Shown piece by piece: positions 43,024 through 53,400 of a stretch of 64,000 bases of DNA. Within the stretch, counting starts at the first letter, position 1, and each line of letters starts with the position of its first letter. Origin of the DNA: an uncultured delta proteobacterium (GTDB lineage Bacteria > Desulfobacterota > Binatia > Binatales > Binataceae); assembly GCA_963810495.1 (NCBI GenBank), contig CAWENP010000001.1:153924-217923 (forward strand). Direction: 5' to 3'. The position numbers and the translations under genes were made by a program. The notes below the pieces were generated by a model, which saw only the letters and a program-made list of their open reading frames with translations, made no database searches and was not told the origin of the DNA.

Positions 43024-43560
43024 ATTCGTAGAGATTTCCGTACCCCGCCCCCGCGCGAGCCCGCGATAAGGGTGAACAACCAGATCCGCGTCCCGGAAGT
43101 CCGGGTAATCGATGTCGACGGCCGTCAGGTCGGCATCCTGAGCACCCGCGAAGCGATCCGCGTGGCCGAAAGCCGCGGCCTGGACCTGGTCGAGGTCGCA
43201 CCGACGGCCCAGCCGCCGGTTTGCCGCGTCACCGATTTCGACAAGTACCGTTACGCGCAAAAGAAAAAGACCCATGACTCCAAGCGCCACGCGACCGCCA
43301 CCGCGATCAAGGAAGTCAAGATGGGCGCGCGGACCGAAAAACACGACGTCGAATTCAAAATCAAGCACATCCGGCGCTTTGTTGGCGAAGGCCAGCGTGT
43401 TAAGCTCTCGATTTCGTTTCGCGGCCGGGAAATAACCCATCCCGAGCTGGGACGTACGTTGCTCGATTCGATCGTCGCGCAAGTGCAGGACATCGCGCAG
43501 GCCGACGGTTTGCCCCGGATGGAGGGGCGCAACATGTCGATCCTGCTGACGCCGCGTTGA
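43024..43560 (+). CDS. infC: Translation initiation factor IF-3, probably initiating at a non-canonical ATT codon.
   Basis: Listed ORF starts at GTG 43072 (NNQIRVPEVRVIDVDG...), but an in-frame ATT at 43024 lies 6 nt after GGAGG (43013-43017). AUU is the classic autoregulated infC start. Confidence 0.8.
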   Translation: MRRDFRTPPPREPAIRVNNQIRVPEVRVIDVDGRQVGILSTREAIRVAESRGLDLVEVAPTAQPPVCRVTDFDKYRYAQKKKTHDSKRHATATAIKEVKMGARTEKHDVEFKIKHIRRFVGEGQRVKLSISFRGREITHPELGRTLLDSIVAQVQDIAQADGLPRMEGRNMSILLTPR

Positions 43561-43618
43561 GCGTAACGAATCGCACGACCGGCGATCGCATAAGTGACTG
43601 GAGCAAGAGCCGCAACCG

Positions 43619-43816
43619 ATGGGCAAACTGAAGACCAATCGCAGCGCCGCCAAGCGCTTCTCCGTAAGCAAGACCGGCAAGGTCAAGCATAAGAAGGCCT
43701 ACCTGCGCCATCTGCTCTCGTCCAAGGGCCGCGGCCGCAAACGCCATTTGCGACGGCCCGGCATCCTGAATGCCGCCGACGCCCGCAATACGCGCAAACT
43801 GATCCCGTACCTATAG
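43619..43816 (+). CDS. rpmI: 50S ribosomal protein L35
   Basis: MGKLKTNRSAAKRFSVSKTGKVKHKKA. Confidence 0.9.
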   Translation: MGKLKTNRSAAKRFSVSKTGKVKHKKAYLRHLLSSKGRGRKRHLRRPGILNAADARNTRKLIPYL

Positions 43817-43874
43817 CGACGCGCCGAAACTCGAATAGCGCTTAAAGTAAAGACTAAGGAAGGACTGATCTTCG

Positions 43875-44252
43875 ATGCCTCGCGCCAAAGGCGGCCCCAA
43901 AACACGCCGCCGCCACAAACGACAGCTCAAGCTCGCCTCCGGTTTCGTCGGCGGCCGCAAGCTCTATCGCCAGGCCCGCAACACGCTGGAGAAGGGGCTG
44001 ACCTACGCCTATCGCGATCGCAAGCAAAAGAAGCGTGACTTTCGCTCGCTCTGGATCGCGCGAATCAACGCGCTCGCCCGCGAGTACGGACTGAGCTACA
44101 GCCGCATGATGGATGGGCTCAAGAAGGCCGGCGTCGAAATCGACCGCAAGCAACTCGCCGTCCTCGCGCTGGAGCGCGATCGGCTCTTCGCCGAATTGGC
44201 CGACACCGCCAAGAAGGCGCTCGGCGCCGCCGCCGAAGCCGCGGCCGCTTAG
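43875..44252 (+). CDS. rplT: 50S ribosomal protein L20
   Basis: [50 protein letters not shown]. Confidence 0.9.
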   Translation: MPRAKGGPKTRRRHKRQLKLASGFVGGRKLYRQARNTLEKGLTYAYRDRKQKKRDFRSLWIARINALAREYGLSYSRMMDGLKKAGVEIDRKQLAVLALERDRLFAELADTAKKALGAAAEAAAA

Positions 44253-44414
44253 GGTCAGCCGCCCTCCGCGGCTTACAAAGGCCATGTGGCGCTCGCGTCC
44301 ACATGGTCTTTCGTTTGATGCTCTTGGTGTTTGATGGTCTTTGTGTTTGGCGCGCCCTCGCGGCGCGCGCGCACGCGCTCTCGATGACGCGCATACAGAC
44401 TTCTTGAGGACGGG

Positions 44415-45497
44415 ATGAGAGAACAGCTGGAGGCTCTTCGCGCCGCGGCGATGGGGGAGCTGGGCGACGGCGCCAGCGCCGAGCAAATCGAGGCGGTGCG
44501 CGTACGCGTGCTCGGGCGCGGCGGCGAATTGACGGACGTGATGCGCCGCATGCGCGAGGTTGCGGCCGAAGAACGTCCCGCCATCGGGCTGCTCGTCAAT
44601 CAGATAAAGCGCGAGATCGAAGGCCGTATCGAGGCGCTCCAGGAGCGCCTGCGCGCTGCTGCACTGGAGCGTTCGCTCGGCGAGGCGCGCCTCGACGTGA
44701 CCCTTCCCGGCGCGCGCATCCCGCGCGGCCGGCTCCATCCGTTGACCCTGGTGATGGAGCAGATGCTCGATATTTTCGCCTCGATGGGCTTCGAGATTGT
44801 CGCGACCCAGGATGTCGAGGACGATTTCCACAATTTCGAGGCGCTCAACTTCCCGCCCGACCATCCGGCGCGCGAGATGCAGGACACGTTTTTCCTGCCC
44901 GGCGGGATGCTGCTGCGCACGCATACCTCCAACGGCCAGATCCGCGTGATGCAGCGCCGTAAGCCGCCGCTGGCGGTGGTCTGCCCCGGCAACTGCTACC
45001 GGCGCGACGAGCTGAGCGTGCGCGCCTCGCCGATGTTCGAGCAGATCGAGGGCTTCATGGTCGACCGCGCCGGGCTGGTCACGATGGCGCATCTGAAGGG
45101 CGTGCTGAGCGAGTTCGCGCGCGCTTTCTATGGGCCGCAAACCTCGGTGCGCTTCCGCGCGAGCTTCTTTCCGTTCACCGAGCCGAGCGCCGAACTCGAC
45201 ATCGGCTGCCTGCTTTGCGGGGGCGCGGGATGCCGCGTGTGCAAGCAGAGCGGATGGACCGAAATTTTGGGTTCCGGGATGATTCATCCCAACGTGCTGC
45301 GCAAGGTCGGTTACGACCCGGCCGAATACCAGGGCTTCGCGTTCGGGATGGGCGTCGAACGGCAGGCGCTGCTCAAGCTCGGGGTCGACGATATGCGGCT
45401 GTTCTTCGAAAACGACCTGCGCTTTCTCGGACAGTTTCCGTCGTTCACCGCGAGATCTTCGGCCGCGGGCACTTCCGGCGCGAGATCATCGTCATGA
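44415..45497 (+). CDS. pheS: Phenylalanine--tRNA ligase alpha subunit, with an unusual roughly 20 aa C-terminal extension.
   Basis: Class II motifs FRASFFPFTEPSAELDI, and GMGVERQALL. Ends ...FLGQFPSFTARSSAAGTSGARSSS with an ATGA overlap to pheT. Confidence 0.9.
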   Translation: MREQLEALRAAAMGELGDGASAEQIEAVRVRVLGRGGELTDVMRRMREVAAEERPAIGLLVNQIKREIEGRIEALQERLRAAALERSLGEARLDVTLPGARIPRGRLHPLTLVMEQMLDIFASMGFEIVATQDVEDDFHNFEALNFPPDHPAREMQDTFFLPGGMLLRTHTSNGQIRVMQRRKPPLAVVCPGNCYRRDELSVRASPMFEQIEGFMVDRAGLVTMAHLKGVLSEFARAFYGPQTSVRFRASFFPFTEPSAELDIGCLLCGGAGCRVCKQSGWTEILGSGMIHPNVLRKVGYDPAEYQGFAFGMGVERQALLKLGVDDMRLFFENDLRFLGQFPSFTARSSAAGTSGARSSS

Positions 45498-48022
45498 AGC
45501 TGCCGCTCAGTTGGCTCGCAGAGTTCGTCACGCTCGAGGCCGATGTCGATGAGCTTTGCCGGCGCCTGACGCTGGCCGGGCTGGAGGTCGAAAGCGTCGA
45601 GCGCGCCGCTCCCGGCTTTAGCGACGTCTTCGTGGCGCGCGTGCTCAAGGTCGAGCGCCATCCCAACGCCGACCGCCTCAATCTGTGCGACGTCGACGCC
45701 GGCGCGATCGGTCGTTTCAGCGTGGTCTGCGGCGCGCCCAACGTGCGAGCCGGGATGATCGCGCCCTTCGCGCGCCTTGGCTCGCGGCTTATCGGCAGCG
45801 GACACGGCAGCGGCGGCCATCGCCCCGCCAGCCTGCAGGACGCGCCGCCTCTTCAGGCAGCAGTTATCCGCGGCGTGCGCTCGGAGGGGATGCTGTGCTC
45901 GGAGCGCGAGCTGGGGTTTTCCGAGGATCACGCGGGTATCGTGGCGCTGCCGGACGACGCGCCGCTCGGTGTCGAGCTGGCCTCGTATTTGCGTTCCGAG
46001 GACACGGTGCTCGATATCGCGATCACGCCCAACCGCGGCGATTGCCTGTCGATCCTTGGGATCGCGCGCGAGGTGGCGGCGTTATTCGGATTGAAACTCA
46101 AGCAGCCGGCCGTCAAGTCCGCGATGCTCAAGCCGCGCGCCGGCCAGACGGAAACGCGAGTGGAATCGCAAGCTGAATCAATCGATCGCGCGAGTGACAC
46201 GCTCGCCGTCGAGATACTCGCGCCCGAGCTGTGCCCGCATTATGCGGGGCTGCCGATCAGCGGAGTGAAGATCGGTCCGTCGCCGATCTGGATGCGCCGG
46301 CGGCTGGAATCGTGTGGGATGCGCGCGCTGAATAACGTGGTCGACGCGACCAACTACGTGATGCTCGAACTGGGACAGCCGTTGCACGCCTTCGACGGCG
46401 CGCAAATCGCCGCGCGCCGGATCGTCGTGCGGCGCGCCGACCAGGCGCCGGGCGGCGCACTGGACCGCGAGTTCGTCACGCTCGACAACGTGCGGCGCAC
46501 GCTCGATCCAGCCGACCTGTTGATCGCGGACCCGGAAAAGCCGCTGGCGATCGCGGGGATCATGGGTGGGCTGAACTCGGAAGTCGGCATCGCCACCACC
46601 GACCTGGTGCTCGAGAGCGCGTACTTCGAGCCGATGACGATCGCGCGCACGGCGCGCCGGCTCGGGCTTCGCAGCGAAGCCAGCTACCGTTTCGAGCGCG
46701 CGATCGATCGCGGCGGGCAGATACGCGCGCTGGCCCGTGTCGCCGAATTGATTGTCAGGAACGCCGGCGGCAAGGTCTCGGCAGCGGCGGTCGACGCCGA
46801 GCCGCGCCCGGCGCCAGAGCGCCAGGTGATGCTGGATTTGGGCGCGGTGAATTCGATCCTGGGCGTTGCGGTTCCCGGCGCCGAGGTCCGCGAGCGGCTG
46901 CGCGCGCTGGGCGCGGCGGTCAAACCGGCCGGCGCGCGGCGCCTATTAGTGACACCGCCCTCGTTTCGTCCCGATCTCAACGAGACCGCCGACCTCGCCG
47001 AGGAGATCGCGCGGCTTAAGGGGCTGGCCGAGATTCCGGCCACGGTGCCCGAGCGTGCCGCCACGCCCGCGCCCCCCAACGACTACCGGAGCTTCATCGG
47101 CGCGGCACGCGAAGTGATGACCGGCGCGGGTTTGACCGAGCTCAGGACGATCGCGTTTATCGCGCCGGCCGACAATCAGCGCTACCCGGGCATGGGCGGC
47201 GAAGCGGTGCGGGTCACCAATCCGCTCTCCGCGGAACTGAGCGAGCTGCGCCTGAGTCTGGCTCCAGGACTGCTCGGCGCGCTGCGCTTCAATCTCAACC
47301 GCGAGGCCGTTGCGTTTCACGCTTTCGAGATCGGCAAGGCCTTCTCGATGCGTGACGGCGCGCCGGTCGAGCACGAGCGGCTCGCCGCGATAAGCTACGG
47401 CGACTACGCGCTGGGTGCAGTGGGACAGCCGGTGGTGGCGGCGAGTTTCTGGACGCTGAAGGGCGTGCTCGAACAATGGTTCGTCGCGCTGGGCGTGGCG
47501 GCGCGAGTGGAGTTCGTAGGGTTCGACGCAGCCGGTGAAACGGAGTATCGCTTCCTACATCCGGGGCGCGCGGCGCGGGTGCTGTTCGACGGCAAACCGA
47601 TCGGATACCTGGGCGAACTACATCCTGCGGAAGCGACAAGAGCCGAGCTGAGTAGCCCTTGCGCGCTTACTGAACTTGACTTGATACATCTCATCGCCTA
47701 TGGTTTTCTGCCACGCCAAGAGATCATCGCTCCGCCGAGATACCCTGCTGTTCGGCGCGACCTCGCTTTGGTCGTGGATCGTGACGTTTCGGCGGCCCGG
47801 GTGATCGCGGCAATCCGCGAGAGCGCGCCGCCGTTGCTCGAGAGCGTGGAAGTGTTCGATGTGTACGAGGGAGGATCGATAGCGTCAGGTAAGAAGAGCA
47901 TGGCGCTGGCGTGCCGTTACCGCGGGAAAGATCGCACACTCACGGATGAGGAGGTGAACCGCACCCACGGGGAATTGATCGAGCGGGTGCGGAGGGGGCT
48001 GGGTGCAGAGTTGCGGCAGTAG
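45494..48022 (+). CDS. pheT: Phenylalanine--tRNA ligase beta subunit
   Basis: Start MKLPLSWLAEFVTLEADVDEL in frame with listed ORF 45215..48022. tRNA-binding B3/B4 and FDX-ACB domains. Confidence 0.9.
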   Translation: MKLPLSWLAEFVTLEADVDELCRRLTLAGLEVESVERAAPGFSDVFVARVLKVERHPNADRLNLCDVDAGAIGRFSVVCGAPNVRAGMIAPFARLGSRLIGSGHGSGGHRPASLQDAPPLQAAVIRGVRSEGMLCSERELGFSEDHAGIVALPDDAPLGVELASYLRSEDTVLDIAITPNRGDCLSILGIAREVAALFGLKLKQPAVKSAMLKPRAGQTETRVESQAESIDRASDTLAVEILAPELCPHYAGLPISGVKIGPSPIWMRRRLESCGMRALNNVVDATNYVMLELGQPLHAFDGAQIAARRIVVRRADQAPGGALDREFVTLDNVRRTLDPADLLIADPEKPLAIAGIMGGLNSEVGIATTDLVLESAYFEPMTIARTARRLGLRSEASYRFERAIDRGGQIRALARVAELIVRNAGGKVSAAAVDAEPRPAPERQVMLDLGAVNSILGVAVPGAEVRERLRALGAAVKPAGARRLLVTPPSFRPDLNETADLAEEIARLKGLAEIPATVPERAATPAPPNDYRSFIGAAREVMTGAGLTELRTIAFIAPADNQRYPGMGGEAVRVTNPLSAELSELRLSLAPGLLGALRFNLNREAVAFHAFEIGKAFSMRDGAPVEHERLAAISYGDYALGAVGQPVVAASFWTLKGVLEQWFVALGVAARVEFVGFDAAGETEYRFLHPGRAARVLFDGKPIGYLGELHPAEATRAELSSPCALTELDLIHLIAYGFLPRQEIIAPPRYPAVRRDLALVVDRDVSAARVIAAIRESAPPLLESVEVFDVYEGGSIASGKKSMALACRYRGKDRTLTDEEVNRTHGELIERVRRGLGAELRQ

Positions 48023-48069
48023 AAATCCCGCTCCGGGGAAGCGGTTTGGGGGACGATACTCCGCAGAAT

Positions 48070-48363
48070 ATGACCAAGGCCGATCTCGTGGATCTAATCT
48101 ACGAGCGCATAGGCTCATCCAAAAAGGAGGCCTGCGAGATCGTGGAGGAGGTCTTCAAAATAATCGAGGACAGCCTGCATCGCGGAGAGAAGGTCAAAAT
48201 CTCCGGCTTCGGCAGCTTCACCGTCAACCACAAGCGCGCGCGCCGGGGACGCAATCCACAAACCGGGATCACTATCATCATCGACTCGCGCCGCGTGCTA
48301 TCCTTCAAGCCGAGTCAGATTCTTAAGGGACTGGTAGCCAACGGCGCCAAACGATCTGCATAA
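48070..48363 (+). CDS. ihfA: Integration host factor subunit alpha
   Basis: MTKADLVDLIYERIGSSKKEACEIVEEVFKIIEDSLHRGEKVKISGFGSFTVNHKRARRGRNPQTG. Conserved pheST-ihfA order. Confidence 0.85.
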   Translation: MTKADLVDLIYERIGSSKKEACEIVEEVFKIIEDSLHRGEKVKISGFGSFTVNHKRARRGRNPQTGITIIIDSRRVLSFKPSQILKGLVANGAKRSA

Positions 48364-48426
48364 CTTTCGCCGGAAAATTTTCGCCGATAGATTTCGCCGC
48401 ACAAATTTCTGGATGATTTTCGCCGC

Positions 48427-48915
48427 ATGACTTCCCCCGCTCGCACAGCGCGCCCTTCGCCGCGCAAGAACCCGCGCCCGCAGGGCGCCGAGGGCGGCGG
48501 CGGCGAGCAACTGCTCAAGATCGGCGAGGCGGCCAAGGCGCTCGGCGTCGAAGCCTACGTGCTGCGTTTCTGGGAGACGCAGTTTCCGTTCCTGCGCCCG
48601 CGCCACGCCCACTCCAAGCATCGCTTCTACGGCGCGCAGGATCTCCAGACGCTGCGGCTCATCAAGCGCCTGCTCCACGAAGAGCGCTTCACTATCGAGG
48701 GCGCTAAAAAATACATCCGCGAAGTCGGGCTCGAACGCGCGCTGAGCGCCAAGCCCGGCGCCGCGGCGGCCCATCTAGAAGGGCCGGGCGCGGCGCACGC
48801 GGCGGGCAAGACCGGCGCGTCGAGCGCGAGCGGCGCCGGCGGCGACAGTGCACGACGCGCGCTGGCCGAGGTCCGGCGCGAGCTCGAATCGTTGCACAAG
48901 CTGCTCGAAGATTAG
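48427..48915 (+). CDS. MerR family transcriptional regulator
   Basis: LKIGEAAKALGVEAYVLRFWETQFPFLRPRHAHSKHRFYGAQDLQTLRLIKRLL is a MerR HTH. The start may be internal (non-ATG). Confidence 0.65.
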   Translation: MTSPARTARPSPRKNPRPQGAEGGGGEQLLKIGEAAKALGVEAYVLRFWETQFPFLRPRHAHSKHRFYGAQDLQTLRLIKRLLHEERFTIEGAKKYIREVGLERALSAKPGAAAAHLEGPGAAHAAGKTGASSASGAGGDSARRALAEVRRELESLHKLLED

Positions 48916-48945
48916 GAATTCCAGTTGGCCACGGGGCCATGCGGT

Positions 48946-50253
48946 TCAGGACGGCTCGGCGGCGCGCTCGCGCTCAGGAGCGCGCGCCGGCGTCGGCGCG
49001 GCCGCGCTCGCTGTGCGCTCGATCAAATCGCGCACCGTGAATCCGCCGAGCGTCTCGCGCTCGGCCTGGTGTAGCCGCTCGAGCATCGCGGCCACCCGCG
49101 CGTCGGCAGGCACCACGCCCGGGCCGCCGCCCCTGACACATTCGAGCACTTCCCCAAGCCCGACCGTCGAGGAGTCGCGGGCGAGGAACAATCCGCGCTC
49201 GCCGCCGTCGCCGCCCGCCGTTTCGATCACGATCCCGCCGCGCTCGAGCCGCCGCAGCACCTCGACCAGCACCGCCTCGTCGATCCCGAGTTCCGAGGAC
49301 AGCGTGACGGGCGTGACCATGCCGCGCCGCCCGGCCATCCGCTCGCCCAGCCGCACTGCGACGGCCAGCGCGACGGCGCGCTCGCTCATCGCCCAAGGGT
49401 CCGTGACCAGCGGCAGGTTGCGGCGCTCGAAGGCCGCGGTGACTTCTGCGCCTAACAGCACGATCAGCCAGGTCATATAGATCCAGGTGAGCAGGACCGG
49501 AATTGAGGCGAGGGCGCCGTAGATCGCGGCGTAGCTATTTACGCCATACTGAAAATAGATAAAGGCCCACTGCGCGATCTGGAGCAGGATCGAGGCCACC
49601 AGAGAACCTACGGCGGCAGCCTCGAAGCGCACCCGGCGGTTGGGGAAAAAAACGTAGAGAAAAAAGAAGCCGGCCCAGATAGCGACGCTCGAGCTGATCA
49701 AGCCGGCACTGGAGAGGCCCGGCAGATGCTTCAGCAGGATTTGACGCGCGCCGAGCGCGCCGGCCAACAGCACCGGCACCGCGAAGGTCATGCTCAGGTA
49801 GTCGGCAAACTTGCGCGCCATCGTGCGTCCGTACACCACATGGAAAATGTTGTTCAGCGCCTGCTCCACCGTGCCCAGGGTGAGGACCACCGTGAAGAGC
49901 AGCGTGGCCGCGCCGACCGCGCCCAGGGTCTTGGCGTTGACGTTGGAGACGAAGGACATCAGACGGTCGGTGATCTCGGGCGAGTTGGCGGTCAGATAGC
50001 GCTCCAGCAGCGGGCGAATCACCTGAGCGCCGCCCAACCCATTGAGCGCCGAAAGCGCGACCGCCAGGATCGGCACGATCGAGAGCGCCGCGGTATAGGT
50101 CAGCGCCGAGGCCCACAGCAGCACGTTGTCGCGCTGGAAGCCGTCGGCGGCGCGCTCGAGCACGCCGGCCGTGCGCGACTTGAGCGCGCGGCCCAGACGT
50201 GAATTGCCCGCCTGCGCGCGCTCGATGAATTCGGAGAGGAAGTCTTGCGCCAT
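48946..50253 (-). CDS. YihY/BrkB (virulence factor BrkB / RNase BN-like) family membrane protein
   Basis: LLWASALTYTAALSIVPILAVALSALNGL, and multi-TM core. C-terminal soluble extension. Confidence 0.7.
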   Translation of the reverse strand: MAQDFLSEFIERAQAGNSRLGRALKSRTAGVLERAADGFQRDNVLLWASALTYTAALSIVPILAVALSALNGLGGAQVIRPLLERYLTANSPEITDRLMSFVSNVNAKTLGAVGAATLLFTVVLTLGTVEQALNNIFHVVYGRTMARKFADYLSMTFAVPVLLAGALGARQILLKHLPGLSSAGLISSSVAIWAGFFFLYVFFPNRRVRFEAAAVGSLVASILLQIAQWAFIYFQYGVNSYAAIYGALASIPVLLTWIYMTWLIVLLGAEVTAAFERRNLPLVTDPWAMSERAVALAVAVRLGERMAGRRGMVTPVTLSSELGIDEAVLVEVLRRLERGGIVIETAGGDGGERGLFLARDSSTVGLGEVLECVRGGGPGVVPADARVAAMLERLHQAERETLGGFTVRDLIERTASAAAPTPARAPERERAAEPS

Positions 50254-50402
50254 AACGTTTGCGGCCCCAACGATCGTCTACTCCTTTATACACAAACGAG
50301 ACATATGGCGATCGTTGCTGCCGGGCGCGTATTCTTTGCCCGCCCCGGATGATAGATGAACTCTCACGTCGCCAGACCAAGCGGTAAATTGCTGACAAGC
50401 CG

Positions 50403-53400
50403 ATGCGCTGCCCGAATTGCTCAGCCGAAAATCCCCAGGGCGCGAAGTTTTGCTGCGAGTGCGCTTCATCGATGATGGCAAAGTGCGCTCGCTGCGGCGC
50501 GAATAACCAACCTAGAGCGAAATATTGTAACGAATGCGCGGCACCGCTCATTGCTTCCGCTCGTGTCGAGGCGACAGTCCAATCTCGCGCCGGCACTGCG
50601 GGCGAGCGGCGGCATCTGACGGTGCTTTTCTGTGATCTCGTCGGCTCGACCGAGATCGCCAGCCGCCTCGATCCTGAGGAATGGCGCGAGATCGTCGGCG
50701 AGTATCATCGCGCGTCGGCGCAGGCGATCGAGCGCTTCGGCGGGCATGTGGCGCAGTACCTTGGCGACGGCGTGATGGCCTACTTCGGCTGGCCCGAAGC
50801 GCACGACAACGACGCCGAGCGGGCTGCGCGCGCGGGCCTCGCGATCCTCGACGCGATCTCGAAGCTCAACGAACACCTCTCCGGTCCAAGGCTCGCTGCA
50901 AGGGTCGGCATCGATTCAGGCGCGGTGGTGGTGGGCGCCGGCGCGGGTAAGGAGGCCGACGTATTCGGCGACACGCCCAATATCGCCGCGCGCGTGCAGG
51001 CGGCCGCGGAGCCGGGCACCGTGGTTATCACCGAAGCGGTGCATCGGTTAGTCTCTGGACTGTTCGTGATCGAGGATCGCGGAACGCCGGCGCTCAAGGG
51101 GATTGAACGGCCGGTCCAACTTTACCGCGTAGTCCAGCCCAGCACGGTGCGCGGGCGGCTCGAAGCGGCGGCAGCGGCCCGTGGACTGACTCCATTCGTC
51201 GGGCGCGAGGACGAGTTACGTTCGCTGATTTATCGATGGGAGCGCACGCTCGATGGTGAAGGCCAGGTGGCGCTCATCGTAGGCGAGGCGGGGATCGGCA
51301 AATCGCGCCTGGTGCAGCGCTTCCACGAACAAATCGCGGGCACGCCTCACACCTGGGTGGAAGCGGCCGCCGCCCCTTTCTTTCAGAACACGCCCTTTTA
51401 TCCGATTGTCGACGTCTTGCACCAGCTAGTCTGGGAACAGAGCTTCCGCTCCTTGGACGAATATCTGCGAGAGCTGCAAACAACCGGGGATAACAATGAC
51501 CGTGGCGATGCAGTAAGCGGAGAGCCGCCCAACGACACGCAATTCGCGCAACTGCAGTCCGGGCTGGCGCTGGCGGGGCTTGAGCCGGCCCAGGCGATCC
51601 CGCTGATTGCACCGCTGTTGAATCTGCCACTACCGCCCGAGTATTCGGCGTCGCCGCTTTCACCTGAGCAGCAGCGCCGCCGCTTGCTGGCTACCCTGGT
51701 CGAGTGGGTGCTGGGTGCCGCCCGCGTGCAGCCAGTTGTAGTAGCGATCGAAGACTTGCACTGGGCCGACCCGTCGACGCTGGAGCTGCTCCAACTGCTG
51801 GTCGAGCAGGGGGCGACGGCGCAGCTGCTGTTGCTGTACACGGCGCGCCCCGAATTTCGTGTGCCATGGCCGCTGCGCGCACATCATACGCAAATCACGC
51901 TCAACCGCCTGAATTCGCGCAACGTGCGCACGATGGTGGAGGAAGTAGCGGCACACAAGGCTTTGCAGGTATTGACGAACGAGACCATCGCGGCGGTGGT
52001 CGAGCGCACCGGCGGAGTGCCGCTTTTCGTCGAGGAACTGACGCGGGCAGTGCTGGAGAGTGGCGACGCGAAGCTCACCGGGAGCGAGATTCCAGTGACA
52101 CTGCATGACTCGTTGATGGCGCGCTTGGATCGGCTGGGAGCGGCCAAGGAGGTGATCCAGATCGGCGCGGTGATTGGCGGCGAATTTTCCTATGAGCTGC
52201 TGCACGCGGTCCATCCCATAGCCGAAGAAGATCTGCAGCGCGCGCTGCGCAAGCTGGCCGACGCGGAAATGCTCTATGTACGCGGAATCGCTCCGGACGC
52301 TACTTACCAGTTCAAACACGCGCTGATCCGAGATGCGGCCTACGAAGCTTTGCTCAAGAGTCGCCGCAAGGACCTGCATAGGCTGGTGGCTCGCGCGATC
52401 GATGAAAAATTCCCTGCGTTAAAGGAGGCGCATCCCGAAGTTCTCGCGCGCCACTGGACGGAGGCGGGCGAAACTGAGCCAGCGATTGCCGAATGGTCAA
52501 GGGCGGGCACGAGCGCGTGGGCGCGCAACGCGTTCACAGAAGCGCAGGAGAGTTACCGGCAGGCTTTGGCGCTGCTCAACCTGCTGCCCAAGTCGCTCCA
52601 ACGTGACCTTCGCGAACTGGAGCTTCGGCAATCGGTCATTTCAATGCTTTGGATTACGAGAGGGTATGCTGCGCCCGAAACGATCCATGCCACCGAGCAC
52701 GCTGCAGCGCTGGCCGAGAAGAGCGGCAACCTCAAGCAACTCGTCGCTTTGATGACTAACAGAGGTTACACCATCTTCCACTCGGGCGACCTACCTGGCG
52801 CCGGTGCACTTGCGGACCAGGCACTCGAGCTTGCTCTTCGCGATCGCGCTCACGTAAGTCTCGCGCACGCCCATGTTCTCCAGATGGCAATCCGCTACCA
52901 GCGTGGCGACTTCGCCGGCGCCGAAGAGCATTTCATAGCGGGGCTAAAGTTTTTCGACGATACCGTCTTCAGGCAGTTCCCCGAGGCTCGTGTATCACCC
53001 TTTGGCTATGCAGCCCATAACGCGTGGAATCTTGGTCGCGCCAATGCTGCGCGCGAACGCGAGGCCCGGATGATGGCAGGAGTGGATGGGAAAAATCCCT
53101 TCCAAATGGCTCTGTCAGGAGTGTGGGCCGCGTCGCTCCGGCTTGCGATGAGAGAACACGAACAAGCCGAGATTTTTGCGGCGCGGGCACTCGAATTGTC
53201 GGATAAAAATCAATATCCGCAACTCGCTTCTATGTCCCGATGTGTTTTAGGTCAGGCGTGGGCGGAGCGGGGCCGCCCGACCGAGGGTGTGGCACTGATT
53301 CGCCGGGGAATAATTGACTGGCTAGAGGCCGGGACGCGCTCAAACACCGTTTATTGGACCACGCTCCTGGCCGCCGCGCAGGAGTGCGAGGGCTCCGTCG

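Noticed and set aside
45215-45493. Upstream extension of pheT ORF and of the response regulator ORF (58453..58503)
   Set aside because: Both extensions overlap the preceding genes in another frame. Canonical ATGA-overlap starts fit orthologous N-termini.
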